A stretch of 63,492 nt of DNA, counting the filler, from Octopus bimaculoides (taxonomy: Eukaryota): the NCBI RefSeq assembly GCF_001194135.2. It is 8 parts of 8 records of this genome, joined end to end, with 100 filler letters (N's around TTAATTAATTAA, not from the genome) between each part and the next. Parts side by side here need not be neighbours in the genome. Positions count along the whole stretch, not along the records: positions 1 to 14,002 come from NC_068981.1; 7 more parts are not named here. One strand, 5' to 3'. The notes beneath the pieces are model-generated. The model searched no databases, was not told the origin of the DNA, and saw nothing but the letters and a program-made list of their open reading frames with translations. Below, piece by piece: positions 1 through 12,135 of the stretch. Positions within the stretch are counted from its first letter, which is position 1. The number at the start of each line of letters is the position of its first letter. A program made the translations under genes and the position numbers.

Positions 1-345
<345 letters not shown>

Positions 346-2168
346 TTAAAAGAGAGTATTAAACAAAAAGTGTTTGGTAGTATATATATAAACAGAAGGA
401 GATATATTTAAGAATTTACAGAAAGTTGGAGAGGAACTGACCCATCTTTTTAACATGTTTCTCTCTTGTGTGTAGCTAAGGAATGTTTGCTATTTTAAGG
501 GACAGTGTGGGAGGCTAGTTGGTGGTAGGGGGAAGGAAGAGCAATGTAGAATTAAAAGGATTCTTTTGTTTCTGGCTAGTCTGTCATGGTTCAGTGGTTT
601 TTAGGAATGCTCTTAGAGGTCAAAATGGTGTGAGTGTGTGTGTCTCTGTGCACGTCTCTATGTGTGTGTGAGCATATGCATGTGTTTGTGTCTGTGTGCG
701 TTAGCCGTTTTTGATTGGTCCCAGAGTTTATTGTGGCGTGTGTATATATGGGTCTGTATATGTTTTATATTTGGTAGGGTGGTGCGTGTATATGTGTGCA
801 CGTTTGTGTGTGTGTGATTAATATTTGTTAGGGTGTTGTATGTGCGCTTGTGTGTGTATGTGTTTGTTCGCGTACACATAACATCCCCACCAACGCAAAA
901 CACAAACATACACGCGCACACACACAGACGCACGCATACATATGCACCCTCACACATACATACGGTTGCTCACACACACACACCACAAGAGCAATACATA
1001 CATACTCAGAATGAGACACACACACTCACGAACAACCACATACACACGCGAACAAACACATACACACATGCGCACAGTACTTAACACAACAAAGCTTATA
1101 CAAAGCTTTACATTTTACTTTTAACAATCTTTTTCTAAAAAAGTGAAACCGATAGAGTGAATAAACATCTTTAAAATTGCATTTTCAAACCAACTTTCGT
1201 ATACATACATATATATATATATAAATACANNNNNNNNNNNNNNNNNNNNNNNNNNNNNNNNNNNNNNNNNNNNNNNNNNNNNNNNNNNNNNNNNNNNNNN
1301 NNNNNNNNNNNNNNNNNNNNNNNNNNNNNNNNNNNNNNNNNNNNNNNNNNNNNNNNNNNNNNNNNNNNNNNNNNNNNNNNNNNNNNNNNNNNNNNNNNNN
1401 NNNNNNNNNNNNNNNNNNNNNNNNNNNNNNNNNNNNNNNNNNNNNNNNNNNNNNNNNNNNNNNNNNNNNNNNNNNNNNNNNNNNNNNNNNNNNNNNNNNN
1501 NNNNNNNNNNNNNNNNNNNNNNNNNNNNNNNNNNNNNNNNNNNNNNNNNNNNNNNNNNNNNNNNNNNNNNNNNNNNNNNNNNNNNNNNNNNNNNNNNNNN
1601 NNNNNNNNNNNNNNNNNNNNNNNNNNNNNNNNNNNNNNNNNNNNNNNNNNNNNNNNNNNNNNNNNNNNNNNNNNNNNNNNNNNNNNNNNNNNNNNNNNNN
1701 NNNNNNNNNNNNNNNNNNNNNNNNNNNNNNNNNNNNNNNNNNNNNNNNNNNNNNNNNNNNNNNNNNNNNNNNNNNNNNNNNNNNNNNNNNNNNNNNNNNN
1801 NNNNNNNNNNNNNNNNNNNNNNNNNNNNNNNNNNNNNNNNNNNNNNNNNNNNNNNNNNNNNNNNNNNNNNNNNNNNNNNNNNNNNNNNNNNNNNNNNNNN
1901 NNNNNNNNNNNNNNNNNNNNNNNNNNNNNNNNNNNNNNNNNNNNNNNNNNNNNNNNNNNNNNNNNNNNNNNNNNNNNNNNNNNNNNNNNNNNNNNNNNNN
2001 NNNNNNNNNNNNNNNNNNNNNNNNNNNNNNNNNNNNNNNNNNNNNNNNNNNNNNNNNNNNNNNNNNNNNNNNNNNNNNNNNNNNNNNNNNNNNNNNNNNN
2101 NNNNNNNNNNNNNNNNNNNNNNNNNNNNNNNNNNNNNNNNNNNNNNNNNNNNNNNNNNNNNNNNNNNN

Positions 2169-2251
<83 letters not shown>

Positions 2252-2304
2252 TGTATGTTTGTATGTATGTATGTGTGTATGTATGTCTGTGTTTGTGTGC
2301 ATAT

Positions 2305-3180
2305 ATAAGGTGATTAAATTCAAAATAAGCAACAAGGATATCCTGAGGTAATGCAGTACGATCGTTTTAAACAAATCTATTTAATTGAATAATAAAATCA
2401 TTGCAACATTTTAAATGCAGAGCAATCCTCAGCTGCATACATACATAGAATTGAATTAAATTAAAACAGATGGACGCATTAGTATAAGTTTACCTAAAAC
2501 CTCCAAGAAGGTAGAGAGATAGACAAAGAACATGTTGTCTTCACTTCAGCTTAAAAGCTACTAAGGTATCAGGAAGAAAAGACTTGTTAGAGATCTAGCT
2601 TGTCACTGTTTTTTGGGGTCAGTTTTAATTTATAGTCTTGTTTAGCAAAGTTTGGTATTTCAAAGTCTAAGGTCAAAGTACAACCCTATAGTAATTACTA
2701 AAATAATTTTAAACAATATTGTCATATTGCATAAAGTTAAAATTTAGAGTTAAATGCATAATATAGAGTTGTTCTTAGGCCTTAGAATATAATATAGGGT
2801 TGTGCTTTGGCTTTAGACTTTGATATACCAAAATTTGATAAACAAGACAATAAATTAAAACTGACCCCAAAAAACAGTGACAAGCTAGATCTCTAACAAG
2901 TCTTTTCTTCCTGATACCTTTTAATCTGATGTGAAGGCAGCCTGTTCTTTGTCTATCTCTTTACTTTCTTGGAGGTTTTAGATAAAATTATACTAATGTA
3001 TCCATCTGATTTACTTTAATTTAGTTTAATTTAATTCTATGTCTTTATGCGTCTGAGGATTGCTCTGCATTTAAAATGATGTAATTATTGCATTGTTCAA
3101 TTAAAGGGAGTGGCTTGAAACGATCGTACTGCATTACCTCTGGATATCCTTCTTGCTTATTTTGATTTTAATCACCTTAT
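2305..3180. mobile_element. Foldback / long-TIR element (~385-bp inverted arms, ~100-bp spacer)
   Basis: 2305-2690 is the diverged reverse complement of 2793-3180 (ATAAGGTGATTAAA... / ...TTTAATCACCTTAT; TCAGGAAGAAAAGACTTGTTAGAGATCTAGCTTGTCACTG / CAGTGACAAGCTAGATCTCTAACAAGTCTTTTCTTCCTGA). A related copy lies at 39083-39380. Confidence 0.85.
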
Positions 3181-3328
3181 TTTGTAATTGTATGGATATT
3201 ACAGTACTAAATTCTAGTGCCTCAACTTAAGTACCTAATTCATCTGAATCTAATTTTTTGTTATACGCACGCACGCACACACGCGCACACACACACGCAC
3301 ACACACACACACGCACACACACACACAG

Positions 3329-3359
<31 letters not shown>

Positions 3360-3380
3360 CATATATGTATATACACATAA

Positions 3381-3412
<32 letters not shown>

Positions 3413-6400
3413 ATTTTCGTGTGTGTTTCTCCCCGACAACTGTTTGGCAACTGGTTTTAGATTTTTTTTACGTCTCCTTAACCTAACATTTCGATAAAAG
3501 AAAACCGATAGAATAAGTATCAGACTGAAAAAAGTACTGGGGTCGATTTGTTCTGCTAACAATTCTTGAAAGCAGAGCCCCTAAAGATGAAAGATGGGAA
3601 TTTTCATTGTGACTGAAAATGCCCATTGTGCTACAATTTCATCAGCTTCCAAAATATATCTGAAAAGTATTGCCTCCTTATGAGACATGAGTTTGTCCTT
3701 CTGTATAACGATTTTGTAGCTGGTGAAATATTATCCGCTGTAACAGCATCGCAACCGGCGTGGTCGTTACGTAACCAACCAATAAAAGACGAGCCAACGA
3801 GGAGCTTCACCGAGATTGCTTGGACTCTTATTAATTGCTGTCAAATCTTTCATATATTACAAACTTCCAGCCTCATGATATTGTTTTAACTTTATATGAA
3901 GACATCAGTAGATGTGGTGGCAAAGCAAGACTACAATACATTGATTGAAGCTATTTATTATGATCTGAAATGCTTATGAAAATCCGAGTAGCATAAATAC
4001 CTGAATATATACGCAGTATCATAATATTACATAGCTTATTCTATGGTAAAATTAGTCATACACATTTTGATGACCATCGTAAGAGACAAGTTACACCAAC
4101 TGGTTTAACTCGGAGCAACTTCTCATCTTTACAGTTATTACATTGACAAGCAGATAGCCAATTATACTTTCGTCTGCCGTTGCTCTATGTGACAAATGTG
4201 AGGAGCATGAGAAAAACAGTAGTTTACATCAAGACTAAGATGAAGTACTATACATACAAGTGAAAGAGCGTTCAGCAAGATATCGAAGCGACAATGAAAG
4301 ACCCATCAAGTTTAGTGACAAGACTCCTTCGTCGTTCCTTCAGCACTCGAATCATTCAACTCTCTCTCTCTCTCTCTCTCTACTTCTCTCTCTTTCTCTC
4401 TCTCTCGCTCTCATTCTGTTATTCTCTCACCCTATCTGTCTGTCTATCTATTTATCTATCTATCTCTCCCTCTGTTTCTCTCTCTCTCTCTCTCACACAC
4501 ACGCACACTTTGTTGTGTGTGTGTGTATGTTTGTGTGTGTGTGTGTGTGTATGTGTGTGTGTGTGTGTGTTCGTGCGTGTACATGTTTATGTGCGCGTGT
4601 TGAGGATGGTAAACTGATGAAGCATAAACCCGCATTTATATGAAATAACAAAGACCTTTAATGGCAATGTTGGAATTGCATATAATGGATGAGTAGTTGC
4701 ATATGTTGCCTATATTAGTGCTAAGGATGCTCTTAACTGAATTCTTAGAAAGGTATTTGACCGTGTTGACATTGCATAATCAAGTGAAGAACAGACTAAA
4801 GTCTTAATGAATAACATGTCTATTTTAAATACATGACTGAATTTCAACAGCGAAATGTTTCTAGTAAATCAGGGAAACAGAAGTCAGATGATAGAATCAC
4901 TAAGCAAGCAGGTCTGTGTGTGTGTGTGTGTGTGCGCATTTGTATATGTGTATATGTGTGATTCATTGAAAAGACAGATACGTTGTTTCTATCGAATATC
5001 CACATATATATCATACATGAATACTTACGCAAACAAACAAGAATTCATGTATATGCACACACGTCAGATACATACACGAAGTCTATGTACATGTGGCGGG
5101 GGCGAATGTGTGTGTGTCTGTGTGTATGTGTGTGACAGTGTGCGTGTGTGTGTGTGTGTGTGACAGTGTGCGTGTGTGTGTGTGTGTGCGCGCGTATGTG
5201 TAATGAGGTTATTTATAACAGCGTATAGATTTGGCCGTCTTTGAACTTCATTATTAATTCACAGTGGAAATATTGTTCTGACGCTTATTGATGAAGTAAA
5301 TAGTAACTGTGTAGCGTCCATCTGGTTAGAAGGAATTGATTATCTAATCACTGTATTTCTCTTCATTCTTTATTTAATATCAGAGTGTTTATTACAGTTA
5401 TTTTGTTAATCATCATTTAGTTAACATCATTATACCTGTAGTTAAAAACCGATGAAACTTTGACATTAAGCAGAATATTACTAAGATATCAGTAGTCATG
5501 TTATGAATTACTTTAGGAATTTGGTTCGATATATAGTAAGAAATGCAACTATACTGCCGCTGTCCGGTTGGTAGAGACCATTCCCCATTAAATATATTTT
5601 CGTTTACTGTTGAGTTTTAATTTCATCTGGTTAAATCTGCGAACGTCACTGCATACCCAAACTGTATTGTGATTAATTGCATCAAATTAATACTTTTCCT
5701 TCAGCTTATCTTTTCATCAGTGATACATCAATAGATATAAAGCTTAATGTTACGGTATTGAAACTCGTTATGTGACATTTGCAAAACACATGAAAGCACA
5801 TTCATACAAACATATATAAGAATGTTTATATGTATGTTCAGTAGAACAGTTGCCTAATTGATACGATTCGGTATTGAAAGGCATAGCGGATTTTATGTAT
5901 GTATATCTGTGTGCATGTATACATGAATGTGTGTGTACGTACGTACGTATGTATGTTAATATGTATGCATATATGCATGCATGTCTGTGAGATGAGAAGT
6001 ATTTATATATCTATCTACCTATTTCTCCCTTTTTTCCTTCTTTCTGCCTATCTTTCAATACCTGTGTCTACCTTTCCGTTGGAATGTCAGTCTTTGTTCA
6101 TGACTGTCTGACTATCTATCTAACCATCTACATATCACCCTTTCCTTCTTTCTTTATTTCTCTTAAAATTTTTAACTTTTTTCTCCTACTTTCTAACCTT
6201 CTTCCTCTCCTACATTCGGTGATGTAAATCAAAGTATAATCTAAGCATCAACGAGAAAACAAAAAAGAAAAACGGTGCACCTCTAATTACATCATCCTGT
6301 TGATATTTCATCCTCAGCAAGTTATACAGACGCTTCCTCGTAAATCTCGCCATCAATAATGCAGTGAAGCATGTTTTGGTTTATCAGAAACATCTAATTA

Positions 6401-7045
6401 AATATTTGCTCCTAAAGCAAATAAATTATTTCTCAAAATAAATTATTCTTCAAAAAATTAAATTCTATATTAGCTGTTTACAAAATTTTTCAAAACTTCG
6501 AAGAGCAAACTTTAGAGTGATAAATGTAAGACCGCTCGTTTGAGTTTTGAGTTCAGGTTTTTGGCGCGCTATCTTCGAAAAATGTGTTGTGCAATAGTCG
6601 CAGGTCACCTAAATATCTATATATAAAATCTTGTAGATGTAAAATGAGTAGAAGCTCGTCGCTGCTATAATATAAAATAATATATCATTTAGCTACTGAG
6701 TAACAATAAATAAGACAATCTATGTGTATGTGTATCCTGCCAGACAAACACTTTATTGTATGCGCCAAACATTTTTAATGTTGCAGCAAAGTTGAATAAA
6801 ATATGTAACATACATTCTTATTCTGGCTCCGTATTTCTATAGAATTGTATACAACATTTAATTCAGATTTGAGTGAAAGTTACTTGGGTTTAAAATTATA
6901 ATCTTTATCAAATAAAGAACTCGAAAGGCTGCAACAGATATGGAGAGTAATGATGATGGAATAATTTCAGACATATGTGGCATTACCGAACAATATCTAC
7001 TATCGTTACTTTAGAACTAGCAATACATGTAGCACATACAATTGC

Positions 7046-7078
<33 letters not shown>

Positions 7079-7926
7079 NNNNNNNNNNNNNNNNNNNNNN
7101 NNNNNNNNNNNNNNNNNNNNNNNNNNNNNNNNNNNNNNNNNNNNNNNNNNNNNNNNNNNNNNNNNNNNNNNNNNNNNNNNNNNNNNNNNNNNNNNNNNNN
7201 NNNNNNNNNNNNNNNNNNNNNNNNNNNNNNNNNNNNNNNNNNNNNNNNNNNNNNNNNNNNNNNNNNNNNNNNNNNNNNNNNNNNNNNNNNNNNNNNNNNN
7301 NNNNNNNNNNNNNNNNNNNNNNNNNNNNNNNNNNNNNNNNNNNNNNNNNNNNNNNNNNNNNNNNNNNNNNNNNNNNNNNNNNNNNNNNNNNNNNNNNNNN
7401 NNNNNNNNNNNNNNNNNNNNNNNNNNNNNNNNNNNNNNNNNNNNNNNNNNNNNNNNNNNNNNNNNNNNNNNNNNNNNNNNNNNNNNNNNNNNNNNNNNNN
7501 NNNNNNNNNNNNNNNNNNNNNNNNNNNNNNNNNNNNNNNNNNNNNNNNNNNNNNNNNNNNNNNNNNNNNNNNNNNNNNNNNNNNNNNNNNNNNNNNNNNN
7601 NNNNNNNNNNNNNNNNNNNNNNNNNNNNNNNNNNNNNNNNNNNNNNNNNNNNNNNNNNNNNNNNNNNNNNNNNNNNNNNNNNNNNNNNNNNNNNNNNNNN
7701 NNNNNNNNNNNNNNNNNNNNNNNNNNNNNNNNNNNNNNNNNNNNNNNNNNNNNNNNNNNNNNNNNNNNNNNNNNNNNNNNNNNNNNNNNNNNNNNNNNNN
7801 NNNNNNNNNNNNNNNNNNNNNNNNNNNNNNNNNNNNNNNNNNNNNNNNNNNNNNNNNNNNNNNNNNNNNNNNNNNNNNNNNNNNNNNNNNNNNNNNNNNN
7901 NNNNNNNNNNNNNNNNNNNNNNNNNN

Positions 7927-8203
7927 CAGTAAATCTACAACATTAGCCAATCATATTCATCACCTCAAAAACAAAAATACCCAATACACCTTAAAATGGT
8001 CCATCTTATATTCTGGAACTCCATACCAGGGCCAGCGCTCCAATTGCAAGCTTTGCCTAACGAAGGCGTTCCATATTTTAAAATACAATTCTCCCACTCT
8101 ACTTAATCGATATAACGAAGTGTTTAGCAACTTCAACCACCGCTCTTTTCACACATTTAGGTTCTATCACAAGCAAAATTGCACAAACGATCACGCAACA
8201 TAA
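7927..8203 (+). mobile_element. Penelope-like element, C-terminal part of the GIY-YIG endonuclease region
   Basis: KSTTLANHIHHLKNKNTQYTLKWSIL...CKLCLTKAFHILKYNSPTLLNRYNEV resembles the PLE C-terminus 'LS.YIW.LK.....IKWSIL...C.LCL.EK..IL....LLNKR.E'. It is followed by a pyrimidine-rich tail to ~8900. The 5' part lies in a gap. Confidence 0.75.
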
Positions 8204-9041
8204 CCACTCAACCCCCCACAGGCAACCTATTCAACCTGACAAAAACATCCATCTTTCACCATCTTTTGAATAGGATTATTCCCTTCGATCATCTCACCAT
8301 ACATATACCACCAAATCTATTTCTTCTATTCTCAAATTCACAAGAACACCACCTACGTATACAGACTACGTCACTTCTTTAAATCCCTTTCCACCATCTA
8401 TAAATAGGCTTGGCAGCATCCTAAAATATGATACTACTAACCCTAACCCTAACCTTTCCCACCCATCCCTTCCCTTTATCTCTGTCCTTGGTTTATCACT
8501 CATACCCCCACCACGCATATACTACACACACGCATTCCTTCTTACTCACTAGACCTTTTAACCTCACCCCCCCTATTCCTCCTTCACTCTATATGCTCAT
8601 CCCCTCTACCTTGTTAAGACCAACTGACCATAAATATATCGCTACCATCCTCCGCCTCTATCTCTCCTCTATCTCTCCTCTATCTCCTTTCACATTCTAT
8701 CTTCATGACTTGACCTAATTACCGCTCACTTTTCACTTGACTTGGCCATTCTTCAAGTAAACAAGCAAAAATCCATCGCAATATGGAATATATATACCTC
8801 TGCTATCCATGCTATATCAACTTTTGCTCCAACATAAATTTCCGGATTATCCACACATGGATTACTTTGCACGGATTTCTACACGGATATTTACCACTGG
8901 AATGAAACTACACTTCAAGTACTGTTCTCTCTTTTTTCAGCACATCGCACTCTTTACCAATTCATACTAAAAATATCCGCCTATGGATATAATAATATGT
9001 TAAATCTCAGAACGAGGTATTAACAGTAACTCCACGATAAA

Positions 9042-9293
9042 GTGAAGTATATTTGCCACTTAAATGTGGCTGACCCCGAGGGGAGGATGTTACTGTTGCT
9101 TTTAGCCCCAGGAGGACATCTCTTCCAGGTGGCTATCGACACATATCTGTGTCCTGTCTGTATTTGCCAAGGGGCGTTATCTTTCCCATCTAGATCTACG
9201 ATACGTACGTACTCGAGTTTCAGGGTTATTTCCCTTCTGCAGCGTACGACAATCGCCGACCTTCGATGCAAAAGATAATTCTTGGCAAATTAC
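9042..9293 (+). repeat. Unclassified structured interspersed element, copy A
   Basis: Begins GTGAAGTATATTTGCCAC and is homologous to 10680-10879, 31811-32054 and 51341-51563 (-). The 3' 135 nt fold into a long stem (TTTGCCAAG/CTTGGCAAA, TTATCTTT/AAAGATAA). Confidence 0.8.
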
Positions 9294-9305
9294 TTTATTT
9301 TTTCT

Positions 9306-9354
9306 GTCTCCGATGAAGGGAAGTACTGGATCTTCCCAGAAACAGCTGTAAGAC
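9306..9354 (+). ncRNA. Type I hammerhead ribozyme-like motif (Penelope-associated)
   Basis: GTCT-CCGATGA-A-GGGAAG(TACTGGAT)CTTCCC-A-GAAAC-AGCT-GT-A-AGAC. Stem I GTCT/AGAC, 6-bp stem II, palindromic stem III ACAGCTGT, GUA cleavage triplet. The core has C in place of U4. Confidence 0.7.
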
Positions 9355-9597
9355 TCTATCCATAAAATACTTCTCCAACCTTACCTTTACTCTCTTTATC
9401 TTTTTGTTTTTATATATTTACATATACATATATATACATACATATANNNNNNNNNNNNNNNNNNNNNNNNNNNNNNNNNNNNNNNNNNNNNNNNNNNNNN
9501 NNNNNNNNNNNNNNNNNNNNNNNNNNNNNNNNNNNNNNNNNNNNNNNNNNNNNNNNNNNNNNNNNNNNNNNNNNNNNNNNNNNNNNNNNNNNNNNNN

Positions 9598-9656
<59 letters not shown>

Positions 9657-10679
9657 GATAGATAGGTAGATACATGTGTTTGTGTTAGTGTGTGCGTGTA
9701 GCTATGTACATACAGACATACATGTGTGGGTGTATAAGTGGGTGTAAAATGATTTCGTCAAATTAAATATTATTTATTATATTAAAAAAAATTCTTTTGA
9801 ATATTGCAGATAAGCACAGACCAAATGTAAGATATAATCCAGTTCTTATTTAAAAGAAGCTTTATTTAATTAATAATTTTTAAATCAAGAATTTTTTTTT
9901 TTATTTGAAACATTGCGTTTGTAACAAGAATTTTTCTAAAATCTTTGACACATATACAAATATATGACTGACCACCCCTCACCGAAGAAGACCATCCTTG
10001 GCCATTGCCTATGCAAAATAACAGCAGTATCAGCAGTCACCCGGGTTCGCATCTGCAGCGTCCATGCTCGCCGCGGTACCGTCATACTCGACCAGGTATA
10101 GTAGTATTCACCTCACTGGCGATTGCACAACCTAGAATTTTAGGTTCAATAAGTCTTTTACCCCACTTCACCGACCCTCTCAGCTCTAGAGGCATGATCG
10201 AGAAGCAAGCCAGGCCAACACACCCTATATTTGTTCGCCTCTATTAAGATTATTTTAGTTATTTATGTAATCAACGACATCTCCTTAACAGAGTAAGCGT
10301 GGATATGTATGTCAACGAGACCACTGGTATACGTGTATGTGTATCGTTTAGTCATTACTAACTATATGTAGGCCCATTATTTTTTTATAACCAAGAAACT
10401 CTATCCATACGTTGTCCTTATAACCAACAAACTGCTGACAATAACAACATGCTATATAATCGAACCAAACGAGACCCAGTCTATTGAGCGAGTTATCTTT
10501 TTTAAAAGAACACCTTAAGCGAAACACCTATTCTGAAGGATGCTCCACTACCAGTTATATAGTATCCTACCCGCAAGGGACAGATGCAAGATGGCTTGAA
10601 ACGATCGTCGTGAATAAAGATTCTCGTGATTTCTTTCTTCTGTTTTTATCATGTGTTTATATATATATATATATATAAA

Positions 10680-10928
10680 GTGAAGTATATTGCCACTTAA
10701 GTGTGGCTGACCCCTAGGGGTGGATGTTACTGTTGCTTTTAGCACCAGGAGGACATCTCCTCCAGCTGGCTTACCGACACACTTCTGTGTCCTGTTTGTT
10801 TTGCCATGGGAAGTTATCCCTCTCATCGTGATCTGTAGCACGAACGGACCCGGGTTTCAGGGTTATTTCCTGACGAAAGAGGACACAGAAGTGTGTCGAT
10901 AAGCCAGCTGGAGGAGATGTCCTCCTGG
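10680..10928 (+). repeat. Unclassified structured element, copy B (truncated, ending in an inverted duplication)
   Basis: Homologous to 9042-9235. 10880-10928 is the reverse complement of 10745-10793 (48/49 identical), ending at a gap. Confidence 0.8.
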
Positions 10929-11169
10929 NNNNNNNNNNNNNNNNNNNNNNNNNNNNNNNNNNNNNNNNNNNNNNNNNNNNNNNNNNNNNNNNNNNNNNNN
11001 NNNNNNNNNNNNNNNNNNNNNNNNNNNNNNNNNNNNNNNNNNNNNNNNNNNNNNNNNNNNNNNNNNNNNNNNNNNNNNNNNNNNNNNNNNNNNNNNNNNN
11101 NNNNNNNNNNNNNNNNNNNNNNNNNNNNNNNNATACATACATACATACATACATACATACATACATACA

Positions 11170-11201
<32 letters not shown>

Positions 11202-11289
11202 CATACACACACACAAGCACAAGTATGCTCACACACATGGGGAGTGTTCATTGATGCGTTAGCAAAAGTTTAAAAATCCAGACATGCAA

Positions 11290-12097
11290 TGAATCAGCTC
11301 AGGAACTAAAGAATCTATGGAAAAAATTTGATTTTCCGTGCAAAAACACTGAAGACTATTGTAAGAAAAGTAAATACTCTGTTGACAAAGTAAATTACCC
11401 ATTTAAAACGTCCGGAACCAAAGATTGGTTTCACATTATTAATCAACATAGTAACTCGTTATCTAAAGAAGACAAACACTTTTTCAATACACAAATTCAA
11501 GTGGCTACGCTACATCTCGATTAGCCATGGCTCATCCTTCAAAGCGAACACCTTCCTCATCAAGAGTGTTAGCTTCAACTTCACAAGCGTTCCTTCCATA
11601 TGCTGAAGCAGGTAAAGTAACGGGCCAATAAAATCGCAAATATTGCACAAATCTTTTTTGTATGCATTGTGTGGTAAGTAGCTTGCTTACCAACCACATG
11701 GTACCGGGTTCAATCCCACTGCGTGGCATCTTGGGAAAGTGTCTTCTACTATAGCCTCGGGCCGACCAAAGCCTTGTGAGTGGATTTGGTAGATGGAAAC
11801 TGAAAGAAGCGCGTCGTATATATGTATATGTATATATATATATATGTGTGTGTGTTTGTGTGTCTGTGTTTGTCCCCCCAACATCGCTTGACAACCGATG
11901 CTGGTGTGTTTACCTCCCCGTAACTTAGCGGTTCGGCAAAAGAGACCAATAGAATAAGTACTAGGCTTCCAAAGAATAAGTCCTGGGGTCGATTTGCTCC
12001 ACTAAAGGCAGTGCTCCAGCATGGCCACAGTCAAAAGACTGAAACAAGTAAAATAGTAAATAGTAAATAGTAATATGTACCCCACTTTTCGCAGATA

Positions 12098-12135
<38 letters not shown>

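Noticed and set aside
658-1124. His/Thr- or Val/Cys-rich ORFs (HTHT, CVCV, YIYI, LSLS) here and throughout
   Set aside because: Translations of (CA)n, (TA)n and (GA)n microsatellites; no splice or homology support.
1121-2374. Long ORFs in the track (e.g. 417, 451, 477 aa) spanning N-runs
   Set aside because: Length comes from X residues across gaps; the flanks are microsatellite translations.
3572-3616. Minus-strand VTMKIP, resembling the expected next TRF2 exon (MVTMK.R)
   Set aside because: Stops after 10 codons, lacks WSSGK and lies 45 kb away beyond SNAP47; coincidence.
9218-9232. TTTCAGGGTTATTTC resembles the U3 snoRNA box A region
   Set aside because: It is internal rather than 5'-terminal, and boxes C', B, C and D are not identifiable.
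9965-10640. GC-rich segment plus AATAAA..CA resembling a LINE 5'UTR or an LTR
   Set aside because: No second LTR, PBS/PPT or ORF visible; cannot classify.
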